Shown here piece by piece: positions 12,901-24,900 of a DNA stretch of 64,000 nucleotides; the stretch's first letter is position 1, and the number at the start of each line of letters is the position of its first letter. The notes under the pieces are model-generated. The model saw nothing but the letters and a program-made list of their open reading frames with translations, ran no database searches and was not told the origin of the DNA. Both the position numbers and the translations under genes were made by a program. The stretch is from Malacoraja senta (taxonomy: Eukaryota), in assembly GCA_038087875.1 (NCBI GenBank), contig CM075998.1, positions 2,482,001 through 2,546,000 of the forward strand, read 5' to 3'.

Positions 12901-15900
12901 CTTCAGACTTGCTTACAAGCTGGTCTCGGGGCCGTCAGCACCTTTAGGTGATCTGCAGGGTGGAGGGTGCAATGTGGAGTGTTAGCATCATCAGGAGATG
13001 TCTCAGCTGGATAAGGGACAGAGCTGTCACAAGAGGCTTACAGAGACACTCAGAGAGACAACGGTACTCTGCATGTCAAACCCAGAACTGCAAAGGTAAG
13101 TACAGTTAAACAGTCAGTTTAGTTTAATTTAGTTTAGTTTAGTTTAGAGATACAGCGCGGAAACAGGCCCTTCGGTCCACCGGGTCCGCGCCGACCAGCG
13201 ATCCCCGCACATTAACACAATCCAACACACACTAGGGACAATTTACATTTATGCCCAAGCCAATTAACCGACAAACCTGTAGGTCTTTGGAGTGTGGGAG
13301 GGAACTGGAGCACCCGGAGAAAACCCACGTGGTCACGGGGAGAACGTACAAACTGCGTACAGACAGCACCCGTGGTCAGGATCGAACCCGGGTCTCTGGC
13401 GCTGTGAGGCAGCAACTCTACCGCTGCGCCACCGTGCCGCAGTTGATTTCAGCTGACACGGCTCCCGTCACCTCTGCGTCTGAAGGTTGTGTGTTCAAGA
13501 TCCGCTCCAGAGACGTGGGCACAAAAGTCCAGGCTGAAGCCAGGTTCAGAGATAAGCGTTTCTGTTCTACCGTTGTGAATAAACTGCCCTCCAATCTGTC
13601 ACCTTTGAAACTGGTCCATTAGCAGACCACAGATAGACACAAAAAGCTGGAGTAACTCAGCGGGACAGGCAGCATCTCTGGAGAGAAGGAATAAGTGACG
13701 GTTTCGGGTCGAGCCTTCTTCAGACGGCTTTGACTTTTACTTGATTCAGTTGAACTGACAAAATTCAGTTGTGTTTAGCATTTTGGGCTGAAGTTTTGTT
13801 TTTCCACTCTTTGGTATTTGGACTCCCTAATGTTCTGGCTTTCAAATCTTTTCGAATGGGTTCCAACTGTAAATATTGAAACATGTTTACTAATTGCTGT
13901 GACCAATTGTCACATGCTTTTTTATTGACTGCTTTGCATCAAGAGGAACAAATACTGCCATTTTAAGAAACGGAGAATCTGGTGCACAGGACAGGGACAG
14001 CTAGGCACTTGCTGCCATTTGCACTATGAGGTTCATGGTGCTCATACAGGCAGAAAAGCCTGAAATGCCTGGCATCGCCTAACGCCTCTGTGCCCTCAGT
14101 GTAGAAAGTTACCTCTGCTTTGCCTTTCACCTGGTCTCTGGCACAGAAGATTTCAACTGAGGAGCGTAAATGGGAATTAACACTGTGGATTGGAGGACCA
14201 TGGACATCACTGTGGATTGGCGGAGAAGACTTGATGGGCCGAATGACCTTATTCTGCTCCTAGAGCTTATGACATCACTGTGGATTGGAGATTCATGGAC
14301 ACCACTGTGGATTGAAGGACCATGGACACCACTGTGGATTGGAAGACCGTGGACATCAGCACTGTCTGGAAGACCACGTGGGTGTCACCAGGGATTGTGT
14401 GAGCATCGTTACAGATTGGAGGATTGTGGCCATCAATAATAATTAGAGGCTTGTGTGAGCATCACCAGGCATTACGGACACTGCCCAACCTCTGCACCCA
14501 AAGCCTCTTCCAACACAAGGCCCTCACAAGGTGCCTGGCAGTGTGCTGAGAACCAACACAGTCTTGAACTTTGGTGCGTTTCTGCTGCTGAGCTGGGAGC
14601 AGAGCCCTCGGACGCCTTTGTCCCCAGTAAACCTCTGCAGTTCAGAGGTCAGCACAAAATGGCAGCTGAGGCCCCACTCCCCCACCCTGGCCATTTAGCA
14701 ATTGTAAATATTGGTGACGTCCAGTGAGTGGCTCAGTGTTAGACATGTTCTTCCATCTTGCCTTTGCAGGTGAAGTGTTACCATAAGCAATACAAAAACC
14801 CGGAACGGGACGTTGTATTTCGAGTACAGTTCCATACTTGCGCTATCCATGGCACCCAGCTCTGGTTTGGAAAGGATGAACTGGATGATGCTTACGGAGG
14901 TCAGTGGGAATTTTCGAGAACAGCAGTATCCCTGTCTGCATTAAGCATGCAGTGAACAAGAAATGCTCTCTGTTCACCATCCCCTTGTACGGTCCACACC
15001 CACTCAAGAGCAAACATGTGTTAGGTGGTAGGGGAAATAAATAAAAACAGTTCTGTACAAACTTTAGAATCTTTGCTTCCCCTTTTGTTATTTAAATTCT
15101 GCCCCTTTTCCCATCCTTTGCTGCGTTGCCTAGCCCAGAGAGGTCACAAGGCCTTTCCCCCCAGGAGATAGTTTTTCAGAGGAATGAACAAGCCTCTTCC
15201 AGACCCAATGCAGGGAGATGGTTTTGCAGACTTTGTCCATTGACCCCAGGTAAAACATTGGATATCTTGTAAGATAATGGACAGAGAGATGTGAGCAAAT
15301 GTTTCTTCTTCTACAGAGAGCTGCCTGTAAACGGGAGAGGGGGCTGGTTGGAAACCGAGTCACTGAGGAGTGGTTTCAAAGGGAATTGGATAGGCACTTA
15401 TGAGAGAAGAACTTGCAGGGCTGTGGGAAACGAGTAGACAACATGGATTGAATAGATTGTTCTACAGGAGGCATATAGATGGGCCAAATGGCCATGTCTT
15501 GATTTTGAAAGCTAGTCCCTTGGACCCAGAAGCTGCACTATTTCATACCAGGACTTACCAACTCTCCCATTAATACTTGCTATATTTACTAACAATGCCT
15601 GATCGCTGTGGAGTTCCCACTGTGCGCAGAATGGCCGCCGCATTCTCCTGCGTAATAGCTGCGGCTGCGTCTCAAATTTACTCAATGGGTAAGGCGCTAA
15701 ATGATGTGACGCTGCGCTATATAAATGCAAGCTATCTCAACGTGGTACCTTTGCTCTCGAACAATTGGGATTGAGGTTGCTGAGCACCAGCCTCTGTGTT
15801 ATCCTTCCACCAGCCTGGTAATGTTTCAGCACTGCTGCTTCAGAAAGGAACTGGGCCAGGGTGGCATGTTTAAAATGGAGGATTCCCCTGCTGGGCTGGA

Positions 15901-18900
15901 ATAGCTGAAAGAAAGTTGCTCGGTAGAGATGATAATCGAAAGCACTGTTGGATGATCATCAGTGGAACAGCTGCAAAAGTTTACATATCTTAAATCTGAC
16001 AGTATGGACCACGTCTGGTTTTAAACTGGCAACATATTACATATGTATCCTGTAAAATAATGTTTTCAACAACAGGACAGCGTCTGATAACCCTGTAGAT
16101 CTCTCAGCTCGTTTTCTGAATGTCTTGAAAACAGATATCGGGACACCACACGATAGAAATTTGTTTTGGGGGCTTAGTTAATAAAAGGATGGCATTGTTT
16201 CAGTTGTACAGAACTCCCAATGTTTAATGCCAATGCAATTGATGGGATTAAATAAGTGGCACTGGAGAGAGGGTACCTGAGACACATTCTCACCTGACTG
16301 GGGTTTCCTGACCTGCATTAATAGCATGGAGCTCTGATGGCTGTAGTTTGTAGTCCCTTCAGCCTTGGGATATAAATTCCACGAAGAATGGCAGGAGTCT
16401 GTCAAGGTTAGTACGGGTGTCAGGGGGAAGGCAGGAGAATGGGGTTAAGAGGGAAAGATAGATCAGCCACAATTGAATGGCGGAGTAGACTTGATGGGCC
16501 GAATGGCCTAATTCTGCTCCTAGAGCGTATGAAGTTATGAGGGTTGGTTGATAGTGAGGAGCCCGAGCACTAGGTACACGCGGAGGCTTCATTGGCACAA
16601 TTGGTACTGACTGCTGATCTGCCCTCTTCCTAGACGACAGGTTCCCACGAGATGCCATGGTGGAGTTCATTTTCTCTTCCGGACCGGAAAAAATCAAAGG
16701 TAAGAAATTGAGTATAAAAAGTTTAAAATCTGTAAGTGGAAAAATAATGAAAGCAATTGCACAGAAGGTCAGTCAGCATCTGGGCAGAGAAAGACAAAAA
16801 CCTTGGCCTGGGCGTGGCTAGATGCTGGGTCACAGACAGATCTCTTCAGTTAAAAGCTGGAACTGTATGAGCAGTTGGATCTAATCGTGTGCATGGTGAT
16901 CTTTATTATTCTAAAACTACTCATAACTGAGATCTATTGTAGTTTAGAGATACAGCGGAAACAGGCCCTTCGGCCCACCAAGTCCGCACTGCCCAGCGAT
17001 CCCCACACACCAACACTATCCTACACACACTAGGGGCAATTTACATTTACACCAAGCCATTTAACCTACAAATCTGTACGTCTTTAGAGTGTGGGAGGAA
17101 ACCGAAGATCTCGGAGAAAACCCACGCAGGTCACGGGCAAAACGTACAAACTCCGTACAGACAGCATCCATAGTCGGGATCGAACCCGGGTCTCTGGCGC
17201 TGTGAGGCAGCAACTCTACCGCTGCGCCACCGTGCCGCCCTACGGAGCAAGCAAGATTTAAATAACAGAGCCTTGTTGCACACAATAAGGTCTGATTGTT
17301 GAGATACAAGGAACAGCAGATGTTGGTTTACAAAAAAGGACACAAATGCTGGAGTAAATTAGCTGGTCAGGCAGCATCTGTGGAGAACATGGATTTTGGC
17401 TGTTAAACGAAATCTGCTTCCACATGGTTAGATTTTACTGTTCTGATGAAAGATTGTTGACCTAAAAGATCCATTCAGTTCTCTCGCCACAGACACTGTC
17501 TGGCCTGCTGAGTAACTGCAGCATGTCCTGTTTTTATTTCCGATCACTGTTAGAATTTAAATCGGACTGTGTGCAATCGATCTGTTATTAGATTTTATTG
17601 TGCACAATTTATCCTGCTTGCCGTTAGATCTTGTTGTTTGATCTGCTATTGTATATTATGTTCTAGTCGATCCTAATTAGATTTTAGATCTAATTCTGGG
17701 TAAGGTGAGGTCTGTCAGCTGGCAGAGGTAACAAAGAAAATATGGGCAGGTGGCACTAGTGAAATATGAATCTCAATTCTCTTTCCAACTGCAGAGGGTG
17801 AACACTTAAGGAATGACTCAACAGTGACTGTGGATTACAACACCTCTGATCCAACAGTGAGATGGGATTCCTATGAGAACTTCAACCTTCACCACGAGGA
17901 TGGCTTGGAAGGTATTGGAATGGAGTTCAGAACTCCATGTTTTGTGTGTTTCCGGTGTTGCTGGTGAGGCATGTTTTTGTGGCCCATCCCGAAGCGCCCC
18001 TCAAAAGGTGACGCCGAACCCCCTCCTGAAGTTGCTGCAGCCCAGATGATCTCTCATGTTGCCTTCTGTGGGTGTTTGCACTGCAGTTGTCTTCTGTGTT
18101 TCCCACTTCACAACAGTGACTGCATTTCAAACTGACCTCATCCACTCTGAAGTCCTTTGGGTTATTCTGAAATGGACACTAAAGACATTGTATAATTTCA
18201 ACTAGCTGGGCAACTACTTCAAACATTGCAACTATTTCTTCAATTTTAGATTGACTGGTGATCTAATAATTGAAAACTATAAAATCCACACAGGGTTTGA
18301 TGGAGTAGATGCTTGCTTGAGATGGAGCTTCAAGAACTGGAAGGTTCAGTCTGAAGAAAAGATGTTGGGCATGAAAGTAACAGTGTAGAATTAACATACT
18401 CTGTGGCTTCTGTCTGCTGCTGCAGTCTCTCATAAGTTCATCAGTTGTAGGAGCAGAATTAGGCCATTGGGCCCAACAAGTCTACCCTGCCATTCAATCA
18501 TGGCTGATCTATCTCTCCCTCCCAACCCCATTCTCCTGCCTTCTCCCCATAACCCCTGACACCCGCACTCTCTGTAGCTCCGTTTGCAGAAACGACATCA
18601 TGCAAATGATTCCAGTGTCTCACACCAGGAGTTTAGGACTTCATTCCTCCACCAACACACACTCACACACCCACGGCCACACTCACATACAGACACACAC
18701 ACACACACGCTCTCATGCACACACTCACACGCACATACTCTCACACACAGACACACACACGTGCTCACGCACACACTCACGCTATCACACTCACAGGCTG
18801 TCACACTCACACACTCACGTACACATGCTCACACTCGCACACTCATGCTCACAGACTCGCGCTCTCACGCACACACTCTCACACTCTCACGCACACACTC

Positions 18901-21900
18901 ACACACGCTCACACACACACACACTCACACTCACACACACTCACACACACATGCACACACTCATGCACACACTCTCACACTCACTCAAACGCACACGCTC
19001 TCACACACACTCTCACACACACATTCTCACACACACTCTCACCCACTTGCTCTCACACACACTCTCAGACACACACATAGACACACACCACCCCTTTCCG
19101 TTCCCTTTTTCTGAACATGATTGCGCCTTTGTATCTTAATCTGATTGGCACAAGTACCTAGTTGGAGCAACAGTGCATTGCACCTTCCAAAAGCTCAGTC
19201 AAAACGTGCATTATCTCATTGTCTGACAACAGACTGGTGTCACAGAGCCAAAGCACCTCTGTAAAAGCTGGTTCATACTTCAAACAATGCAAACATCTAT
19301 TCTAGGCTACTGATCTGTGAAGCTAATAAATCTCAACAATAGGAGTCTAGGGCACCTCTCCCCCCCTGCAGCCATTTAAGGAGGTAATCTCTCTGTTTGA
19401 GATGGGATTGGATATATTTCTATAAGATCCCCTCTCATCCTAAATTCCAGTGAATACAAGCCCAGTCGACCCATTCTTTCATCATACGTCAGTCCCGCCA
19501 TCCCACTCATGAGATATAAGCAGCATTTCTTGCCCATCCTGAATTATCCTTAATAAATAGGTGGTGAGTTGTTCGTGAAGGAATTTATCCAAGATGTGGG
19601 ACTGTGATTACCATGGCACCATCCCAGCCTCAGTGCTGAGAACGGTGGCGCAGCTGCTGCCTTACAGCGTTAGAGACCCGGTTTGATCCTGACTACTGGT
19701 GCTGTCTGTACGGAGTTTGCATGTTCTCCCCGTGACCTGCGTGGGGTTTTCTCCGAGATTTTCAGTTTCCTCCCACACTCCAAAGACGTGCAGGTTTGTA
19801 GGCTAATTGGATTGGTGTAAGTGTAAATTGTTCCTAGTTGTGTAGGGTGGTGTTAACGTGCGGGGATCGCTGGTCGGCACGGACTCAGTGGGCCGGAAGG
19901 CCTGTTTCCGCGCTGTAAACTAAACTAAACTAAACAGCACCAGGTCTTGACCATTTCAAACACAGCACACAACAGCAAGCAAACCAGCCTCCGCGCCTCA
20001 ACGCTTGGAAACGTGGAGCCACTTTCTGTGCTGTAAATTTCTATCATTTCAACTGCAGTAGAATTGCTTCTCTTCTGCTGAGCTGGACGAGGTATGGCCG
20101 CCTCCCCTGTTGCGTGTATCAGCGGCTTGTACCTGAGAATAAAGCTTCATCACACTCAGAATAGCCCCTGACTTCCAGGATGCAGTGTCGTGGCGCACAC
20201 ATCCAGCCACCTGTCTGGCTGAGCCTAAGGGCAGGATTTATTTCCAAAGGGTCTGCGCTGACTATAGGGCTGTGAGCTGTGCAGACACGGAGACTTTTGA
20301 TCGTGTTGGTTTTGGCTGGATTCGAGCTTGGGTGAAAGGAATATGTCCACAGCACCAGCCAGGCCCTCTCACGTGTTATTACAGACCATTTCAAGCAAAC
20401 ATTTTCTTTCCTCCTAGCAGTAGCTTCATTGTGAGTCAGACCACTGATTAAAAGGAAATATCTCAACATCCCTCGTGCCTACACATCTGTGTTAACAAGG
20501 ACTGAATATAACAGCAGCCAAGAATCACAAGCAGAAGTTGCAGTTGACATCCACACACTCACTGGTGCCAGTCAAGTCCGTAAACCCGCTTAAGCCAATG
20601 CGTCAAATACAACCGAGTGGGCCAGGTTTGATTGATGCCACCCATAGCTCATTGAGCAGCACTCTGGTGTCTTGGGTTGAAAGATGGTTCAAGTCTCACT
20701 CCAGAGACTGGAGCCCTGGGATGCAGGCTGTGGCGATGAAGGGGGAGGGAAGGGTACTCTGGAAGTACAACTGTGTAGGCAGGAACTGCAGATGCTGGTT
20801 TAAACCAAAGATAGACACAAAATGCTGGAGTAACTTAGCGGGACAGGCAGCATCTCTGGAGAGAAGGAATGGGTGACGTTTCAGGTCGAGACCCTTCTTC
20901 AGACTTCAGCTCTTCAGTCTGAAGATGGATCCCGATTCTTTACCCATTCCTAAAGTCCAGAGATGCTGCCTGTCCCGCTGAGTTACTCCAGCATTTTGTG
21001 TCTATCTTCGGTGTAAACCAGCATCTGCAGTTCTTCCCTACATGTTCCATCAGACTTGTTGGATTGCGATAAATGGTCCAGTGGCGTTTTCTTCAATATC
21101 CTCAGGTCGACATTTATCCCTCTATCATCACTAACATCGGTGACCTGGTCATTGCCCCATTAGTTTTGGCTGGCATGACTCCTACATTCCCACCATGACT
21201 GCACTTTTTAAATATTTTACTGGCGTTTTGAGATGCCCCGCAGTTGTCAAAGATGTCAGTAGAACACAAGGCCGACCCTCATTTGCCCGACAACTGTGCA
21301 ATTTCAAAGCAAAGTCCAGAACTTCAGTTTCTTTATCCAAACAGGAAATGTGCTTGTGACCACGGGGGATGGAGGAATGCATGGGAATATCTTAACGCGT
21401 GCCTGAGAGCCAATGAGTTTAGCGGGAGAACTGCTGATGCAGGCAAACAAAATGCCAGAGGTATTTGTGACTGAACCAGTTGATACATCTCAGAGTGCAC
21501 TGCAGTTGATTAGTTTTTAATCCTGCCTCACACTGTTTGATGGCTGCTGAGAGCACTCTGCCGCTGCCCACAAGCGATTGCCCTTCAAGATGGAACCTTG
21601 ACAACGAGTGCCAGCTAACAGACGTCAGAAGGAAGCCAGATTCTCAATTTCACAATGAAATTGTGTCTGAAGAAGGGTCTCGACCCAAAACATCACCCAT
21701 TCCTTCTCTCCAGAGATGCTGCCTGTCTCGTTGAGTTATTCCAGCATTTTGGGTCTATCTCAATTTCAAACGGAATTCTTTCCACGACCTCTTTCCAGAC
21801 CCTTTGTAATACGTTGTTGGGCAACCTTCCTCAGATGAGGTTATTCAGGGATACGGGCTGCAAATATATCATCTGTTTCACCCGAGCTTAGAAGTGAGGA

Positions 21901-24900
21901 AGAACATGGGTATCTTGCAGTGCATGTCCACACATCTCTGCAGGTAGCAGCGCAGATAGTTAAGGCATACACCATGCTTGTCTTTATTGGCCAAGGCACA
22001 GACTACAGGAGCAGGGAGGACATGCCGATAGTGTACAAAACACCGGTTAGACCACAGCTGGAGCAGTGGGTGCAATTCTAGCCACACTATGGGAAGGAGA
22101 CCCTTGCATTAGAGAGAGTGCTTACATGGAAAGATATGACGATGTTGCCTGGGCTGGAGAATTATAGTTATGAGGAGAGGCTGGAGTTTTTTTTTTACTG
22201 GAAACAAAGATGACTGGGGGGGAAGATTTAATTGAGGTTCATCAACTTGAGAGGCTTTGAAAGGGTAAAATGAAAGGACCAAATATGGGCAAATGGGATG
22301 AGGCATCTTGGTCAGCATTGACGGGTTGGGCCAAAGGGTTTGTTTCCGTGACTCTATTTCCCTAAGCAGAGAGGACATTTCTGATGGGTGCCTGGGGGTG
22401 GGGAAGGGAGGCTTGGATTTAAAGTGACATGTCATAAGAACATAAGGAATAGGAGTAGAATTAAGCCATTCGGCCCATCAAGTCTACTCCGCAATTTAAT
22501 CATGGCTGATCTATCTCTCCCTCCTAACCCCATTCTCCTGCCTTCTCCCCATAACCCCTGACACCCGTACTAATCAAGAATCTATCCATCTCTGCCTTAC
22601 AAATATCCACTGACTTGGCCTCCACAGCCTTCCGTGGCAATGAGTTCTACAGATTAACAACCCTCTGACTCAAGAAATTCCTCCTCATCTCCTTCCTAAA
22701 AGAACATCCAATGTGGAAGCATTAGAAGGGAGTTGAGGGAATTGTGGCAGGGAATTGGAACTCATTGCCTGAAGAGGTGATGAAGGCTGAAAAACTCACC
22801 ACATTCGAAAAGTACCTGAGTGAACACTTTATTTGCTGTTTCCAGGTGAGTGGGAGAGTGGGATCAGGCTGGATAGTTGGCATGGTGCCAAAGGCCGGAT
22901 TGCTTCCTCCTGCACCATAAATGACCATGGCCACACGATTCATTTGGGGGAAATCACTGCGCTTATTGAAAATTGATTTTTAAGTTTTGGAAATGAAGTA
23001 AATTAAATCATTGCTTAGAGCGTGAGAAGATTTAGAGAATTGTGAGGAACATGGCTAGATGTTCCTCAAGGTGACCTTCTCAAAGCCCGGTCAGAATCAT
23101 CCACATTCCTTCCGGTCTGCACTGCCCATTCATGGCCAGTTCTATTCCAGGTGGCATGCAAGTGATTTTAACATCAAATCATAGGTTTTATCTCAATTTA
23201 GAGTCATAGTCAAACAGCTTGTAAGCAGGCAGTTTGGCCCAAATGGTTCATGCTGACCAAGATGCCCCATCTACTCTGGTCCTATTTGCCCACGCTTGGC
23301 CCATATACCTCTAAACATTCCCTATCCATGTACTTGTCCAAGTGTCTTTTAAATGTTGGATAGAACCTGCCTCACCTACCTCCTCAGGCAGGTCGATCCA
23401 TATACCCACCATCCTCTGTGCAAAAAGAATGTAGTGTTTGACAACACTGGGCCTGTACTCGCTGGAGTTTAGAAGGTTGAAGGGGGACCTCATTGAAACT
23501 TACAGAATAGTGAAAGGCATAGATAGAGTGGATGTGGAAAGGATGTTTCCACTGGTGGGAGAGTCTAGGACCAGGGGTCATAGCCTCAGAATTAAAGGGC
23601 GCTCTTTTAGAAAGGAGGCGAGGAGGAACTTATTTAGACAGAGGGTGGTTAATCTGTGGAACTCATTGCCACAGAGGGCTGTGGAGGCCAAGTCAGTGGA
23701 TATTTTTACGGCAGAGATAGACAAATTCTTGATTATGGGGAGAAGGCAGGAAATGGGATTAGGGGGCAGAGATCAGCCATGATTGAATGGCGGAGTGGAC
23801 TCAATGGGCCGAATGGCCTAATTCTACTCCTGTAACTTGTGAACCTGTTTGTACGTTTAGATTGTAAATTCTGTCACAGATCTAATGCTGAAACTTTCTT
23901 TTCGTAAGAAGTACCTCACACACGAGGGCCACTGGATGGAAGCCTGTATGCCAAGGTGAAGAAGAGGAGTCCAAGCATTGGCACAGCCAACGGAAGCCCA
24001 TTTGAGCGTCACGTCCGTTCACTGCGGCCACACTTGTCTGTCAGCACGGATTCTGGCCACTCCACTGCATCGGTGAAGACAGAAGACCACAGCGTTAGCA
24101 CTAAGCAGGCTCCCTCTCGGTAGAGAAGGAGCAGCTGGATCAGCTGCTGAGTGGCTTTGGCGTAGGTGCAGTGAAGACCATGCACAATGCGCTAGCCCAA
24201 CCACGAGCGGCTTCCCAGAGCCGCTCCAATGGCCGATCGGGCTCCAATGAACGAGAGACGGACATCCTGGACGATGAAGTGGTGTGCGAGATGAATCGGT
24301 TCGCCACTCTGCCGAGAAGCATTCACCACCCGTACAACTTCAAGGTCAGCCATCACTCGCCAGAGCACAGGATACCTGGTTATGGCCACAGCCCTGAAGG
24401 AATACGGAACGATGTCTACTACCGGCCAGACATGACGCTGGAGAGAAGACGACCCACGTTTGAGGAAACGTGGGTCCAGTGGGTGAGATTGGATGGAGGG
24501 CATGATGCATGATTCCTACGAGCATGTGAAAGGCATGGACCCCATGCAGCACCAGGCAGCCATGTTGGACAGGGTGAACTATCAACGTCCACGTAATGAA
24601 GTCCTCCAAGGCTACGCGCCTGTGTTTCACCAGTATACGTGCGCAGAGAGAATGCCTCCTGGTCTGATCCATCGTATTAGACAGAGGATGATGCTCAGAG
24701 AGACCACGACATGAAGGCGAATAGAAACCGGCTCGTTGATTACCACCAGTTAGAGGGACTGTTGGATGGACAGCATGTGCAATTTCTTGAGCGCAACCCA
24801 CCAGAAATCATGTCTCATAACTGTGGCTGCCGCAACTGTTCCTTAAAAATGTCAGAGGAAGAGGTGGAGAGGTCTGCAGCAGCGTTCAATGCCATTAAGT

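Noticed and set aside
12641..12985. Recurrent ORFs containing [26 protein letters not shown] or CVGRNCRCW
   Set aside because: Chance translations of the non-coding Penelope pLTR arm repeated across the window.
13380..13440. tRNA-like A and B boxes
   Set aside because: These are heads of dispersed SINE copies with a body and (TAAAC)n tail, not tRNA genes.
14179..14420. CRISPR-like look of regularly spaced repeats
   Set aside because: Head-to-tail 27-bp units without unique spacers, in a vertebrate intron with no cas genes.
18584..19139. His/Thr-rich ORFs of 121-179 aa
   Set aside because: Translations of a (CA)n microsatellite, open in all three forward frames, with no supported splice sites.
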